Positions 55,701 through 64,000 of a stretch of 64,000 bases of DNA are shown here, piece after piece. A program made the translations under genes and the position numbers. The notes under the pieces are model-generated. The model worked only from the letters and a program-made list of their open reading frames with translations. It had not been told where the DNA came from and made no database searches. The stretch's first letter is position 1. Each line of letters starts with the position of its first letter. The DNA comes from a virus. The DNA lies in IMG/VR virus record IMGVR_UViG_3300005563_000004, positions 3,332 to 67,331 of that record, one strand, 5' to 3'.

Positions 55701-58203
55701 GGCGTTCGGCCCGCTGGCGCCGGCACTGACGCGGCTGCGCGACAGTTCGCGCGCACTGGCCAAGACGATCGCCGATGGCGTTGCACCGATGCAGTCGGGC
55801 ACGAAACGTTCTCAGGCGTTTGCGGCCGATTTCGCCAATGGATTGCGCCAAATCAACTATCGATTTGGCGAAATTGACAAGGAAATCGAGGGTGCGTTCC
55901 CTCGCCAGGAACGCGATGCGATGGGCCGCGCGCTCGACGCGCAGTCGGTGTTTGAGCAGCAGCTGCGCCAGATGCCGCCTGAGATGCGGGACGCGGCACG
56001 CGCCGAGTTCGACAGCGGCGGCACGGGACTGGCCGGGCTGAACGAACGCCAGCGCCAGGTCATCGACTCGCTGGACGCCATCTCGCAGGATGTGTGGCGG
56101 CGGATGCAGGAGCGCGGCATGGTCGCGCCGCAAGCGCAGGGGCTGCCCTATTACATGCCGCGGCAGATCCTGATGTGGTCTGAGGAGAACGGCTTTCAGC
56201 GGCCAGGCAGCGGAGGTCCCACCGCGAGCATCGGCATCGATGGCCGCGGCGCGAACCTGACCACCGCCGGCCCGATGAGCCGCGAGCATCTGACGCCGGA
56301 GGAGACCGAAGCCGCAGCGCGAGCCAAGCTGGGCGAGGGGGCGCAACTGCTCCGCGACATTCGCTCGCTGCCGGCGCGGCTGGCATTTTCGGAACGGGCG
56401 ATCGTCGGCACCGATTTGATGAACCGGATCGATGAAGTCGGCAAGCAAACCGGCGTCAACCTGATGGTGCGCGGCGACATCCCCGGCCTGCTCAATCCAG
56501 GCGACTACTTCACCATGGCTGACCATCCGTCGTTCCGTCGCTGGACCGGCACCGGCTGGCAGGCGCTGCACGTCGCCAAGGAGTTCGAGGGGCCGCTGAA
56601 AGCGGTACTCAGCAAGAAGTCGCCGGAGTGGTATCGCGCGGCGCAGAACCTCAAAAGCGGCATCATGTCCGCGATCATGTATTCGCCGCTCATCCACCTT
56701 GCCGTGGAACTGGGCCGGTCACTGCCGGTCATGCCGATGCGTGTGCTGACGCTGCAGGTAATACGCGATGGTGGCCGCTTGCGTGGTGATCGCAGCTACA
56801 TGGAACAGGCAGTGCGCGACGGCCTCTCGCCGCTCGGCCGGCGCGGCTGGGTCGACGTAGCCTCGATTGCCGACCAGGCGCGCGAGCCGCCGGTAGAGAG
56901 CGCGCTGCGGCGCACCATCATGGCGATACCGCACGCCTGGGACCAGATGCACCAGCGGCTGCTCTGGGATCAGGTGTTCAATCTCCAGGTCGGTCTCTAC
57001 GACGGCATGCGGTCCAAGTTCATTGCCAAGGGCTTCGAGCCTGACGTGGCCGGCACGATGGCGGCGCACCTCGCGAACCGTTACGCGGGCGCATTGCCGC
57101 CGGAGCATCTGAGCCGCGAAGCCAACATGATGGCGAACCTGCTGCTGTTCTCGCGGTCCTTCACGCTCGGCAACCTCGGCGTGATGAAGGACATGTTCAA
57201 CGGCGCGCCATCGCAGATCCGCGCCCGCATCGAGCAGATGGCTGGGCCGGAGGCAGCGAAGTCGGCGCAGTCTGCGCTCCGCCGCAAGGCGCTGACCGCC
57301 TTCGCCATGGATGTTGGCCTGTTCTATTCGGCGAACGCGCTGCTGCAGGCTGGTCTACAGGTGATGCGCCAATCGCAAACGTCCGGCCTGCCGCAAGCCG
57401 CGCAGGACGTGTTCAACCAGTGGTACGACGAAGCCACATCAGCCGTCGCGCATGCCGGCTCCAACCCGCTATCGATCTTTGGAGTGCTGCCGCAGCACTG
57501 GAACGAGCCGGGCAAGCAAGACCGCGTTTACGCCGGCACCGACTCCACTGGCCGCGGTGTCTACCTGCGGCTGCCGCCGGGCAAGGTGGGCGAGGAGTTC
57601 ATGGGCTGGTTCGCCAAGCCTGGCACCATGCTGATGAACAAGGCGTCGCCGCTGGTGCGGCCGATCATCGAATTGATCATGGGCCACGATAGTCTGGGCC
57701 GTGAGCTGCTGCCGCCGAACCCGCGGACGATCGGCGATTACGTCGACACGGCCGGTGCGATCGTGAAGCACATCGGCGAGAACCTGGGACCGACATCGAC
57801 GCTGCAAGGACTGCATGAGATGTACCAGCAGCACATCCAGGGGAAGCCAACGCAAGCCGATCCCGGCATCTCAGCGGCGAAAGTGCTCGCCCCACTGACT
57901 GGATTGGCACAGGTCAGCCAAGGCTATCCTGGCGGCCCAGCGGCAGGCGAGATTCATGCGCAGGACGAGCGGCAGAAGTATGCCATTCAGCATGCTCTGC
58001 CTGGCGTCCGAGAGAAGATCAGGGCAGGGGACACAGAGGGCGCGGTGGCCGATATGACCAAGCTCGGCGTTCCGCCCGGCCTTCAGCGATACTACCTGCG
58101 GCAGACCATCAATCCGCAACCGTCGAGGCGAGCGCTCCAAAACTTTCAGCGCACCGCTCCGCCGGAGGTTATGGAGCGTTACCAGCGGCAGGTTTCGCCG
58201 TGA
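52792..58203 (+). CDS. large ejection protein with N-terminal lytic transglycosylase (SLT)
   Basis: GVDPDLL..V..VES....AVSPAGALG..QF.P.TA...DPF...QSI.G.AKYL...A.AGY.GG; 1803 aa, helical C-terminal part. Confidence 0.88.
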   Translation: MAGPWTEFQGGDLDRFYDDAGKQNGVDPDLLRSVHSVESRGNDMAVSPAGALGRGQFLPSTARSVGMTDPFNARQSIYGTAKYLKVLSGELGDDRLAVAGYHGGPNTQEWGPKTAQYVQHVSQDYQQRKAAEAPPPSGPWTQFQKQPQQTGPWALFQQQDEGRPLTNAEAVKQLPMAERDEGTAQPQIQVGNGADLAKVLSSPEAEAADIPQSQAPADTSEIQEAMRKAYASTPPLVNPQSGTGQWLSQHGMSGLTQPIVPMAAMNAGWAGLSEAAIEATKRYAGEGAAKTVGQVMEMAGSGALAPELMGGGMRMHEAPAAPVSPPGVRPEPQATAQTLPQRSATPTLDAVASEARARAQTPEQAALDELHQQAAPAPEAPAGSAIEALKKQAATDTPAAPMQQPPPSPAGTPATEPPLPAARMETPPPTPPDVRQRLAEVSAKEAELSKAEEAANAPAPEVDKATNRPAGSWVAVSKETGQPVLETFEKQTADAIDKSKYDVLPAGEYLGNLNKQIREGQAPEETPPTPPAPPPRRGEPTPFEKLPREPMRLVEWLKQNGGIKDEGGDLNAILGGSKGRPGLINNKRGATLDDAAHAAWQAGYLPDASRPDTNALLDAIRDDHTGTKRYSQQDFDRVQDYQEAVGRNEEVDRLATTHEIETRGKTRDQFYDELHDRLSTEDRAREIAEQEAGFLDAQRELDRGAREHKPEPEAGLAPSPWNAREFYGQSQARTLEDLEREHREETHPAAAQQRGEGAERPAPAAPPEGVGQEAEGPRGRAAGDAGRGEAVSAEAGIARPWEQGGKQRVYFNLGRGKSGFIEQTAHNGDYDWTMRYPTANRGGEKVRDAMHQWMAERFGNERNPQWSEIWDRANGKTPAADLLGRQIAEPRAKAGAEPTIRNDPNQIGMPGMEASAVQAQAARDAQGRGALQSEAPQKPANEGLFAPDTTGQGTLYSFPGALVDPEAWRRAFGPLAPALTRLRDSSRALAKTIADGVAPMQSGTKRSQAFAADFANGLRQINYRFGEIDKEIEGAFPRQERDAMGRALDAQSVFEQQLRQMPPEMRDAARAEFDSGGTGLAGLNERQRQVIDSLDAISQDVWRRMQERGMVAPQAQGLPYYMPRQILMWSEENGFQRPGSGGPTASIGIDGRGANLTTAGPMSREHLTPEETEAAARAKLGEGAQLLRDIRSLPARLAFSERAIVGTDLMNRIDEVGKQTGVNLMVRGDIPGLLNPGDYFTMADHPSFRRWTGTGWQALHVAKEFEGPLKAVLSKKSPEWYRAAQNLKSGIMSAIMYSPLIHLAVELGRSLPVMPMRVLTLQVIRDGGRLRGDRSYMEQAVRDGLSPLGRRGWVDVASIADQAREPPVESALRRTIMAIPHAWDQMHQRLLWDQVFNLQVGLYDGMRSKFIAKGFEPDVAGTMAAHLANRYAGALPPEHLSREANMMANLLLFSRSFTLGNLGVMKDMFNGAPSQIRARIEQMAGPEAAKSAQSALRRKALTAFAMDVGLFYSANALLQAGLQVMRQSQTSGLPQAAQDVFNQWYDEATSAVAHAGSNPLSIFGVLPQHWNEPGKQDRVYAGTDSTGRGVYLRLPPGKVGEEFMGWFAKPGTMLMNKASPLVRPIIELIMGHDSLGRELLPPNPRTIGDYVDTAGAIVKHIGENLGPTSTLQGLHEMYQQHIQGKPTQADPGISAAKVLAPLTGLAQVSQGYPGGPAAGEIHAQDERQKYAIQHALPGVREKIRAGDTEGAVADMTKLGVPPGLQRYYLRQTINPQPSRRALQNFQRTAPPEVMERYQRQVSP

Positions 58204-58312
58204 TCCGCTGGGTGCTCTGGGTCATCTTCCTATGGCACGCCCTCACAATATTGCTATAGGTTCTTCAGCTTTCAGCGTCTGAGAGCGCACACACACTGGC
58301 CGAGTGCTGCGC

Positions 58313-60106
58313 ATGCCTGGACGCTATCTGATCGCTCTCCTGATCAATGCTATCCTCTTGGCTCTTTCGGTGGTGTCGGGCCACGCCCAGCCCGCCTGTC
58401 TCACGACCGCGCCGAACGCGGTCGCGTGCCAGCAGAATGGCAACAATCTGCAGCCGACCGATATCATCCTTGGACAGCAGGCCACCGGCCCGTCACGGTC
58501 CAATCAGACGGTCAACTTCTCCATCAGCCAGATCATGTCGGCCGGCGTGCCGGCCAGCGTCGCCTCACTCTCGGCAAGCGGCAACGCGAACCTGAATGGC
58601 ACGTTGACTGTCGGCGGCGTGGCCACGCTCAACTCCAGCCTCTCCGTATCCGGCGCCAGCACGCTTCACGCCACCACCATCACCGGCAACACCTCGATCA
58701 GCGGCACGCTAAGCGCCGGCAGCACGACCCTCACCGGCACACTTGCCGCCTCGGGCAACAGCACAGTCGGCGGCACGCTCATCGTCACTGGCGCGGTCAC
58801 CGCACCGTCCATCAGCAGCGCCGGCAACAGCTTCCAGATTGCGCCAAATGCGGCCACCACGACCTTTGGCGGCGTCACGGTGTTTGATCCGATCAACACA
58901 GGTTCTCTGCCCGGCAGCGCCGCACAGGGATCGTTCGCGTGGTCGCCAGACTGCCGCAACGGCAGCGAGGCAAACGGCGCCGGCACTGGCTGCTTCTCCT
59001 ATGTCAACGACAACGGCACATGGGTTCAGCTGTCGAATCCATCCACGCTCCAGATCAACGTCGCCGGCCAGTCGGTCTTTCTCGGGGGTACGGTAGCCGG
59101 CCAGGGCAACGGCTCGCGGCTGCTGACTGCCACCGGCACATTCACCGCCGGCAACGCCATTGTCGCATCAGCCAGCGGCACCGCGATCGACGGCGGTGTT
59201 CCGCCAGGCGGCGGTTCAGGCGGCGGCGGCACAGTCGGCAACTGCGTCAGCGCACCAGCCATTGCCTACTACTCGACAGCCGGAACGTCTGTCACTTGCT
59301 TGGCGCAGGTGAACAACGCGGTGTTGTCGACCAACGGCACAGCCATTCCATCCCTCTCGACCACACTGCCGGCCGGTTTGACCATTCCATCCGCCACGCT
59401 CAGCAGCCCGGTCACCACCGGCCTGGCAACGATGGCTTCGGCAACGCTGACCGGCCCGCTGACGACTGCGGCCTCCACCACGGGTGGCGCCAACATCTTC
59501 TGCCCGCAGGGCACTGCTCCGACATCACCGACCAACGGCAGCATCTGGTGCACGACGCAGGGCATGTTCGGCCGCTTTAACGGCTTCACGCTTGGCCCGT
59601 TCGCGTCGCTGACCAGCTTCAGCGGCACTTCGCCGATCACCTTCAACAGCGGCACGGGCGCCATCGGTTGCGCCACATGTTTGGTCGGTGCAAGTGGGGG
59701 CACGCTATCGGCGACGGCTCCGCTAACCCTTACCGGCAGCACGTTGAGCATGGGCACCGCTATCCAGACCGCCACACTCTGGTGGCCTGCCAATGTCACC
59801 GTGACAAATGATACTGCCCCAGTCCCGCAAGAGACATGGCCGTGGGCCAGTGGCACAATCGACTCGATCACTTACCATACGGGCGGCACCAATGCGCCGT
59901 CGTTCGTTGTCACCGCACAGGTGAATGGCTCGCCCGTCACCGGATGCTCCAACATCACTGTCTCGTCGGCCACCGATACGACGGCGACATGTACCGCCGC
60001 CAACACAGTGGCGTCGGGAGGTCATGTTACGCTGGTCACATCGAGCGTGGCCGGCACGCCGTTCTCAGCGGTGGTACAGGTGAATTATCATCGGTCGTTC
60101 CCGTGA
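58313..60106 (+). CDS. signal-peptide-bearing Thr/Ser/Gly-rich fibre-like protein
   Basis: Hydrophobic N-terminus ending GHA-Q; L.V.G beta repeats; many Cys. Confidence 0.75.
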   Translation: MPGRYLIALLINAILLALSVVSGHAQPACLTTAPNAVACQQNGNNLQPTDIILGQQATGPSRSNQTVNFSISQIMSAGVPASVASLSASGNANLNGTLTVGGVATLNSSLSVSGASTLHATTITGNTSISGTLSAGSTTLTGTLAASGNSTVGGTLIVTGAVTAPSISSAGNSFQIAPNAATTTFGGVTVFDPINTGSLPGSAAQGSFAWSPDCRNGSEANGAGTGCFSYVNDNGTWVQLSNPSTLQINVAGQSVFLGGTVAGQGNGSRLLTATGTFTAGNAIVASASGTAIDGGVPPGGGSGGGGTVGNCVSAPAIAYYSTAGTSVTCLAQVNNAVLSTNGTAIPSLSTTLPAGLTIPSATLSSPVTTGLATMASATLTGPLTTAASTTGGANIFCPQGTAPTSPTNGSIWCTTQGMFGRFNGFTLGPFASLTSFSGTSPITFNSGTGAIGCATCLVGASGGTLSATAPLTLTGSTLSMGTAIQTATLWWPANVTVTNDTAPVPQETWPWASGTIDSITYHTGGTNAPSFVVTAQVNGSPVTGCSNITVSSATDTTATCTAANTVASGGHVTLVTSSVAGTPFSAVVQVNYHRSFP

Positions 60107-60116
60107 GCGATGCCGG

Positions 60117-62102
60117 ATGAGATCGCTCACAGCGCTGCTCTTTCTGCTGCTCGCCGTTCTGATCGGCGCCGCTGCCCCATTCAGCAGCGGCTTTAACTCC
60201 CAGGCATTCGGCCCGTTTCCGACAACGCCAACCGGCGCGATACTCAGCTCGGGCTATTTCACGGTCAGCGGCAACCAGTTTCTCGACGGCTCGAATAACC
60301 CGCAGCGCTTCGCCTGCACCCAGTTCCTCGGCGCTCCCAACGACGGGACGATGGCGGCGATCCGTCAGCAAGGCCAGTTCAACTGCGTGGTCATCGACTG
60401 GCGCGACAAGTACCTGACTGCGCCCTCTCCACCGAACGGCTGCAATACCTTCGCGCAGATCGACGTGTGCGTGGCCAACGCCAGCGCCAACAATCTGAAG
60501 GTCATCCTTTCGCACCGCGGCAACGAGATCCCGGTCTCTCCGACCAGTCCGTGCTGGTCGCGCCAGGCAAACGGCCTGCCCTATGATAGCGGCGGCGACT
60601 CAGGGAATGACGACGGCTGTAACGACGGCGGCAACGTCACCTATCTGCAGTTTCTGCAAAACACGGTATCGCTGCTGCAGCGATACGCCAATAATTCGAC
60701 TGTCATAGGCTACCAGATCCACCACGAGCCGATCGTCTCTGGCACCTACACCGGCCAGCCCAATCCCAACAGCGGGGGCACCAACGCTGCGATCTGCTGG
60801 AACTGTGGCAACGGCGACACCGATTGGCTCTGCATCGCGCAGGAGGTCGGCAACGACGTTGCAGTGGTCAATCCGGGTGTGATCGAGTTCGTTCCGGGGC
60901 CAATCAATAGGACCGCGACTCTGTTAAACGGACAGCCGCTATCGACCGGCAGCGGTATGATGGACCTGTCGGCAGTGGCGGCCTCCCCAGTCGGTGGCGG
61001 CGCTGGCCCGGTAGCGACCAAGGTGGCGTACGGCGTCGACCTCTATCCGACCAACGTGACCAGCGTGTCGCCAGACAGCGGAGCGAGCGCGATAACCGCC
61101 TGGAATACCTTTTTCGGCTTCATCGAGAAGAACAACACTGCACCTGTCATGTTCATAGAAACTGGCTGCTCGTGCGACGGCACGAACGGCAATCTCGCTG
61201 ACGATCAGGCGTTCATGAACACCTTTGTCCTATACGTGAACGGCCTGGCCGCCAACGGCCCGACCTTTGCGGGACGCAACCAGCCGATGTCGACCAACTG
61301 GTATGCCTGGGGCAACCTGACATCCAACCCCAACGGGACGCTGAACGCTGACAGCACAACCAAGACTGGGCAGCAGAACTACTTCGGCCAGATGCTCTTT
61401 GTGCCGTCGATTTCCCCGGTGGCAACAACGTGGAACCCGAACGATTCGCTTACCATCACGCTCAGCAATAACAACCTGACAGCGACCAGTGCCGCCGGCA
61501 CTGGCGGTGGCGTTCCCGCTGCGGTGCGGTCGACCACCAGCTATTCCGCTGGCAAGGTCTGCTTCGAGATAACCGCCTCCACGATATCGAATGACTGGGA
61601 CGTGGGGCTGGCAAATGCCAGCTACGCTCTGGCCAACGGCAATGGGCTTGGTTCCGACACGAACGGCATCGGCTTCGATCCCAACTTCGACCTCGGAAAC
61701 AACAATGCTCTCGGCATCTTCTTCATAAACATCTTGTCGCAGGCCAGCACCGGAACGGGCGATGCGAACGGTGCGAAGGTTACGATCTGCGAGGACTTTG
61801 GCGCCGAACTGTTCTGGGTCACCAGCACGCGGATGCGCGCTCTGGGAAGCACCTGGAACAACAGCCCGACAGCCAATCCTGCAACCGGCACAGGCGGTCT
61901 CAGCACGTCCGGCCTGAACTGTCCGTGCTTCATCGCCTACCAGAATGGCGAGCCGGGAGCAGTCGCTGTTCTCAACACGGCTGGGCCTTTTGCGGTTGCA
62001 ACGCCGGCTGGTTTTAGTGCATGGGACACGCCGGTCGCCTCTACGACTGGGCGTCCATTCATCATTCTTGGGATGCTTGATCGTCCCTTTAGGAGCCACT
62101 GA
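60117..62102 (+). CDS. secreted GH5 (cellulase-family) hydrolase with SPRY-like domain
   Basis: Signal peptide; GYF.VSG.Q..D; LKVIL.H; RY..N.TVIG....HEP; APV...E.G; WY.W; TWNP.D...LSN.NLTAT...GK..FE. Confidence 0.8.
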   Translation: MRSLTALLFLLLAVLIGAAAPFSSGFNSQAFGPFPTTPTGAILSSGYFTVSGNQFLDGSNNPQRFACTQFLGAPNDGTMAAIRQQGQFNCVVIDWRDKYLTAPSPPNGCNTFAQIDVCVANASANNLKVILSHRGNEIPVSPTSPCWSRQANGLPYDSGGDSGNDDGCNDGGNVTYLQFLQNTVSLLQRYANNSTVIGYQIHHEPIVSGTYTGQPNPNSGGTNAAICWNCGNGDTDWLCIAQEVGNDVAVVNPGVIEFVPGPINRTATLLNGQPLSTGSGMMDLSAVAASPVGGGAGPVATKVAYGVDLYPTNVTSVSPDSGASAITAWNTFFGFIEKNNTAPVMFIETGCSCDGTNGNLADDQAFMNTFVLYVNGLAANGPTFAGRNQPMSTNWYAWGNLTSNPNGTLNADSTTKTGQQNYFGQMLFVPSISPVATTWNPNDSLTITLSNNNLTATSAAGTGGGVPAAVRSTTSYSAGKVCFEITASTISNDWDVGLANASYALANGNGLGSDTNGIGFDPNFDLGNNNALGIFFINILSQASTGTGDANGAKVTICEDFGAELFWVTSTRMRALGSTWNNSPTANPATGTGGLSTSGLNCPCFIAYQNGEPGAVAVLNTAGPFAVATPAGFSAWDTPVASTTGRPFIILGMLDRPFRSH

Positions 62103-62363
62103 ATGAAGCGTTTGGTACTGGTCGCCCTTCTGGCCGCGCCTTTTGCGGCGCATGCGCAGCAGGCAAATCTCGAGGATAAGGTTGCCGCAGCCGAGGCGAC
62201 CAACGTCGATCTTCTGCAACTGGTGACCAACCTGCGCGCGCAGATCAACGCTGATGCACGCGAGAGAGCGCAGCTGATCAAGCGTGCGGCCGAAGCCGAC
62301 AAGGAGAAGCCGACTGCGGCGCCGAGTGCACCGACACCGGTTAACCCGAAGGAAGGCAAATGA
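62103..62363 (+). CDS. secreted coiled-coil protein
   Basis: Signal peptide ending AHA-Q. Confidence 0.65.
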   Translation: MKRLVLVALLAAPFAAHAQQANLEDKVAAAEATNVDLLQLVTNLRAQINADARERAQLIKRAAEADKEKPTAAPSAPTPVNPKEGK

Positions 62364-62551
62364 CCAAGTTCGAGGCGTGGCTGCGCCAGCCGAGCACGAT
62401 CCACGCGCTCGGGGTCTGCGCGGGCGCGATCGGCGCAGCCCTCTCGCAGCTGACCACAGGCAACGCCACGGCTGACGCTATGGTCGGCCTGGTGGCTTAC
62501 GCGCTCGTGCACGCGAGCGTTCGGGACCACACGGCCCCGCCCTCGGCGTGA
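62360..62551 (+). CDS. holin-like two-TM protein
   Basis: WLRQPST..L; two hydrophobic segments; 63 aa. Confidence 0.6.
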   Translation: MTKFEAWLRQPSTIHALGVCAGAIGAALSQLTTGNATADAMVGLVAYALVHASVRDHTAPPSA

Positions 62552-62979
62552 AACCCGCGGCAGCACTTCTTGTGCTGCTGCTGGCCGGCTGCGCCGCTCA
62601 GTCCAACGCCAGCCTCAACGACTCCCTGGCAAAGCTGGCATCTGTCACGATCGCTGATCTCAACGCGGCGGCTGCCGATGCCGGCGCGCACGGCGACGTT
62701 CTGGCGGCAGCGTGTTACCCGCCGCTGGCAAACTGGGTCATGACGATGCAGGAGCAGCACGGGGCGCCTATTGCGGCGCCAGCCGGAGCCTTCAGCGCTT
62801 TCCAGCAGACCAGAGACGTGTACAAGGGCCTGACGGCCGGTGGCCTCGCCGCTGTGCCACCAACCGTCAAGCTGGGCTGCTCTGCCCTCTATCTGGACGC
62901 GATGGGAGACGTGACGCAGTTCGTCTCCATGCTGGCACTTATCGCGACTGGGCGATACGTGCCTCCGATTCTGCCTTAA
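62548..62979 (+). CDS. lipoprotein (spanin candidate)
   Basis: Lipobox LLAGC; follows the holin-like gene. Confidence 0.6.
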   Translation: MKPAAALLVLLLAGCAAQSNASLNDSLAKLASVTIADLNAAAADAGAHGDVLAAACYPPLANWVMTMQEQHGAPIAAPAGAFSAFQQTRDVYKGLTAGGLAAVPPTVKLGCSALYLDAMGDVTQFVSMLALIATGRYVPPILP

Positions 62980-63767
62980 GGGGCTTGCACCGCGCGCATC
63001 AGCGTTTCCATCTGCTGGACGGTCAGCCCGGCGGGCGTCTTGCCGGTCCTGTCGACCCACATCTGGCAGGCAATACCGTAGGCTTCGTCAGTGAATTTCT
63101 GAAAGAAATCCCAGCTCATCTGATACCAGCTGCCCCATGAGGCGAGCGTGATCATGTTCTGGTCGTAGCCGACCAACACCACGTCATGGCCGCCGATGAT
63201 GCTGTTGTCGGCGCTAGGATTGATGATCCATTGCCGCGGCGGCGGCGAACCGTCATCGGGCAGGATGTACTGCGGCACGTTGAAACCGATATTGCAGACG
63301 CCGCATTCATCGATGATCCGCATCACGTCCTGTTTATTGCGGATATCGACTTCGACCCAGAGCAGAACTTTTGTCGTGCCGCCGCCGGACAGCGGGATGC
63401 CGTTCTTCATCAGGTAGTTCTGGACCACCTGCATGTTGCCGCCCTGGTCGGTCGGATTGCTGCCGTCCGGCTGGGTTTGATTCGGATCGTAGCCGCAGAT
63501 TTTCTCGTAAAGACCAAGGATTTCCTGATCAGTCGGCGTGACCATGCGCTTTTGTGCGTTGCTGCTCCACACCTGAACGGCGTGGCCAGGCGCAGCGCAG
63601 GTACAGTCCCCGAGCTGATCGTTCAGCATCATACCGATGTGCGCCGGCATACCACGGCTGTAGTCCACCGAAGGCGGCGGAGGGGGCAGATCGCGACCGC
63701 ACATCAGCGCCGAGAGGTGCGGGATGCGCGGATCGTATGACCGGGGATGCCGACCCAGCTTGTACAT
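62976..63767 (-). CDS. papain-like (C1-related) cysteine peptidase
   Basis: PPSVDY; NDQLGDCTCAA; GGHDVVLVGYD; SWG...MSW.F.....DEA. Confidence 0.85.
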   Translation of the reverse strand: MYKLGRHPRSYDPRIPHLSALMCGRDLPPPPPSVDYSRGMPAHIGMMLNDQLGDCTCAAPGHAVQVWSSNAQKRMVTPTDQEILGLYEKICGYDPNQTQPDGSNPTDQGGNMQVVQNYLMKNGIPLSGGGTTKVLLWVEVDIRNKQDVMRIIDECGVCNIGFNVPQYILPDDGSPPPRQWIINPSADNSIIGGHDVVLVGYDQNMITLASWGSWYQMSWDFFQKFTDEAYGIACQMWVDRTGKTPAGLTVQQMETLMRAVQAP

Positions 63768-63834
63768 CGGTAGCTCCACTTGCTTTGGGTGGGGCTTACC
63801 TTGTCTGGCCGAAGTAATCTACCAATACAATCTG

Positions 63835-63849
63835 CTAACAGCCGGTTAA
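63835..63849. promoter_or_regulatory. CtrA-like box (CTAA-N7-TTAA)
   Basis: CTAACAGCCGGTTAA, 13/15 identical to the box at 510-524; upstream of the peptidase gene. Confidence 0.5.
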
Positions 63850-64000
63850 ATAGAATGGCGCGGCACGATGCGCTCTGCGTCCTGCGTCATTGCGGCTGAT
63901 CACAGCGCCAGCACACCCAGCCGCGCGTGTCAGTGTAGCGTAGCAGGTCGCGACATTTGGGACATCTAGCATTTGGATCAATCAGCATGGCTGGGTTTCC

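Noticed and set aside
52792-58203. Tape measure protein or virion RNA polymerase
   Set aside because: No tail tube or sheath genes and no recognisable polymerase catalytic motif; SLT plus helical body after Gln-rich genes fits a podovirus ejection protein.
1-64000. Stop-codon reassignment
   Set aside because: Core genes are full length in the standard code, and TAA, TAG and TGA all end genes at coupled junctions.

Overview
The window looks like most of the genome of a GC-rich, probably temperate tailed phage with podovirus-like architecture: portal, HK97-type capsid, adaptor and nozzle, large ejection proteins, and no tape measure or sheath gene. The host is inferred to be an Alphaproteobacterium from CtrA-like boxes and a rhizobial-style dif-like site. 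Layout: leftward early genes (Sak4-like ATPase, SSB), a cI/cro switch with three palindromic operators, Prim-Pol/AAA helicase followed by an iteron/hairpin origin at about 11.1 kb, small terminase, a 7 kb accessory block, large terminase, head, tail and ejection genes, lysis-type membrane genes and a papain-like protease. No integrase, tRNA, CRISPR array or reverse transcriptase was seen. Five observations stand out. (1) Several fibre-like or glycan-active, Cys-paired proteins in the structural region carry Sec or Tat signal peptides, and two of them share an unexplained double-RR, two-Cys leader. (2) About 25 x-x-GG motifs recur across five head/ejection proteins. (3) A Xer dif-like site is present although no integrase is visible. 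(4) A HiPIP-like 4-Cys module sits inside an ejection-region protein. (5) CtrA-like boxes and a structured capsid-operon leader are present. All family assignments come from motif recognition by eye; no searches were run.
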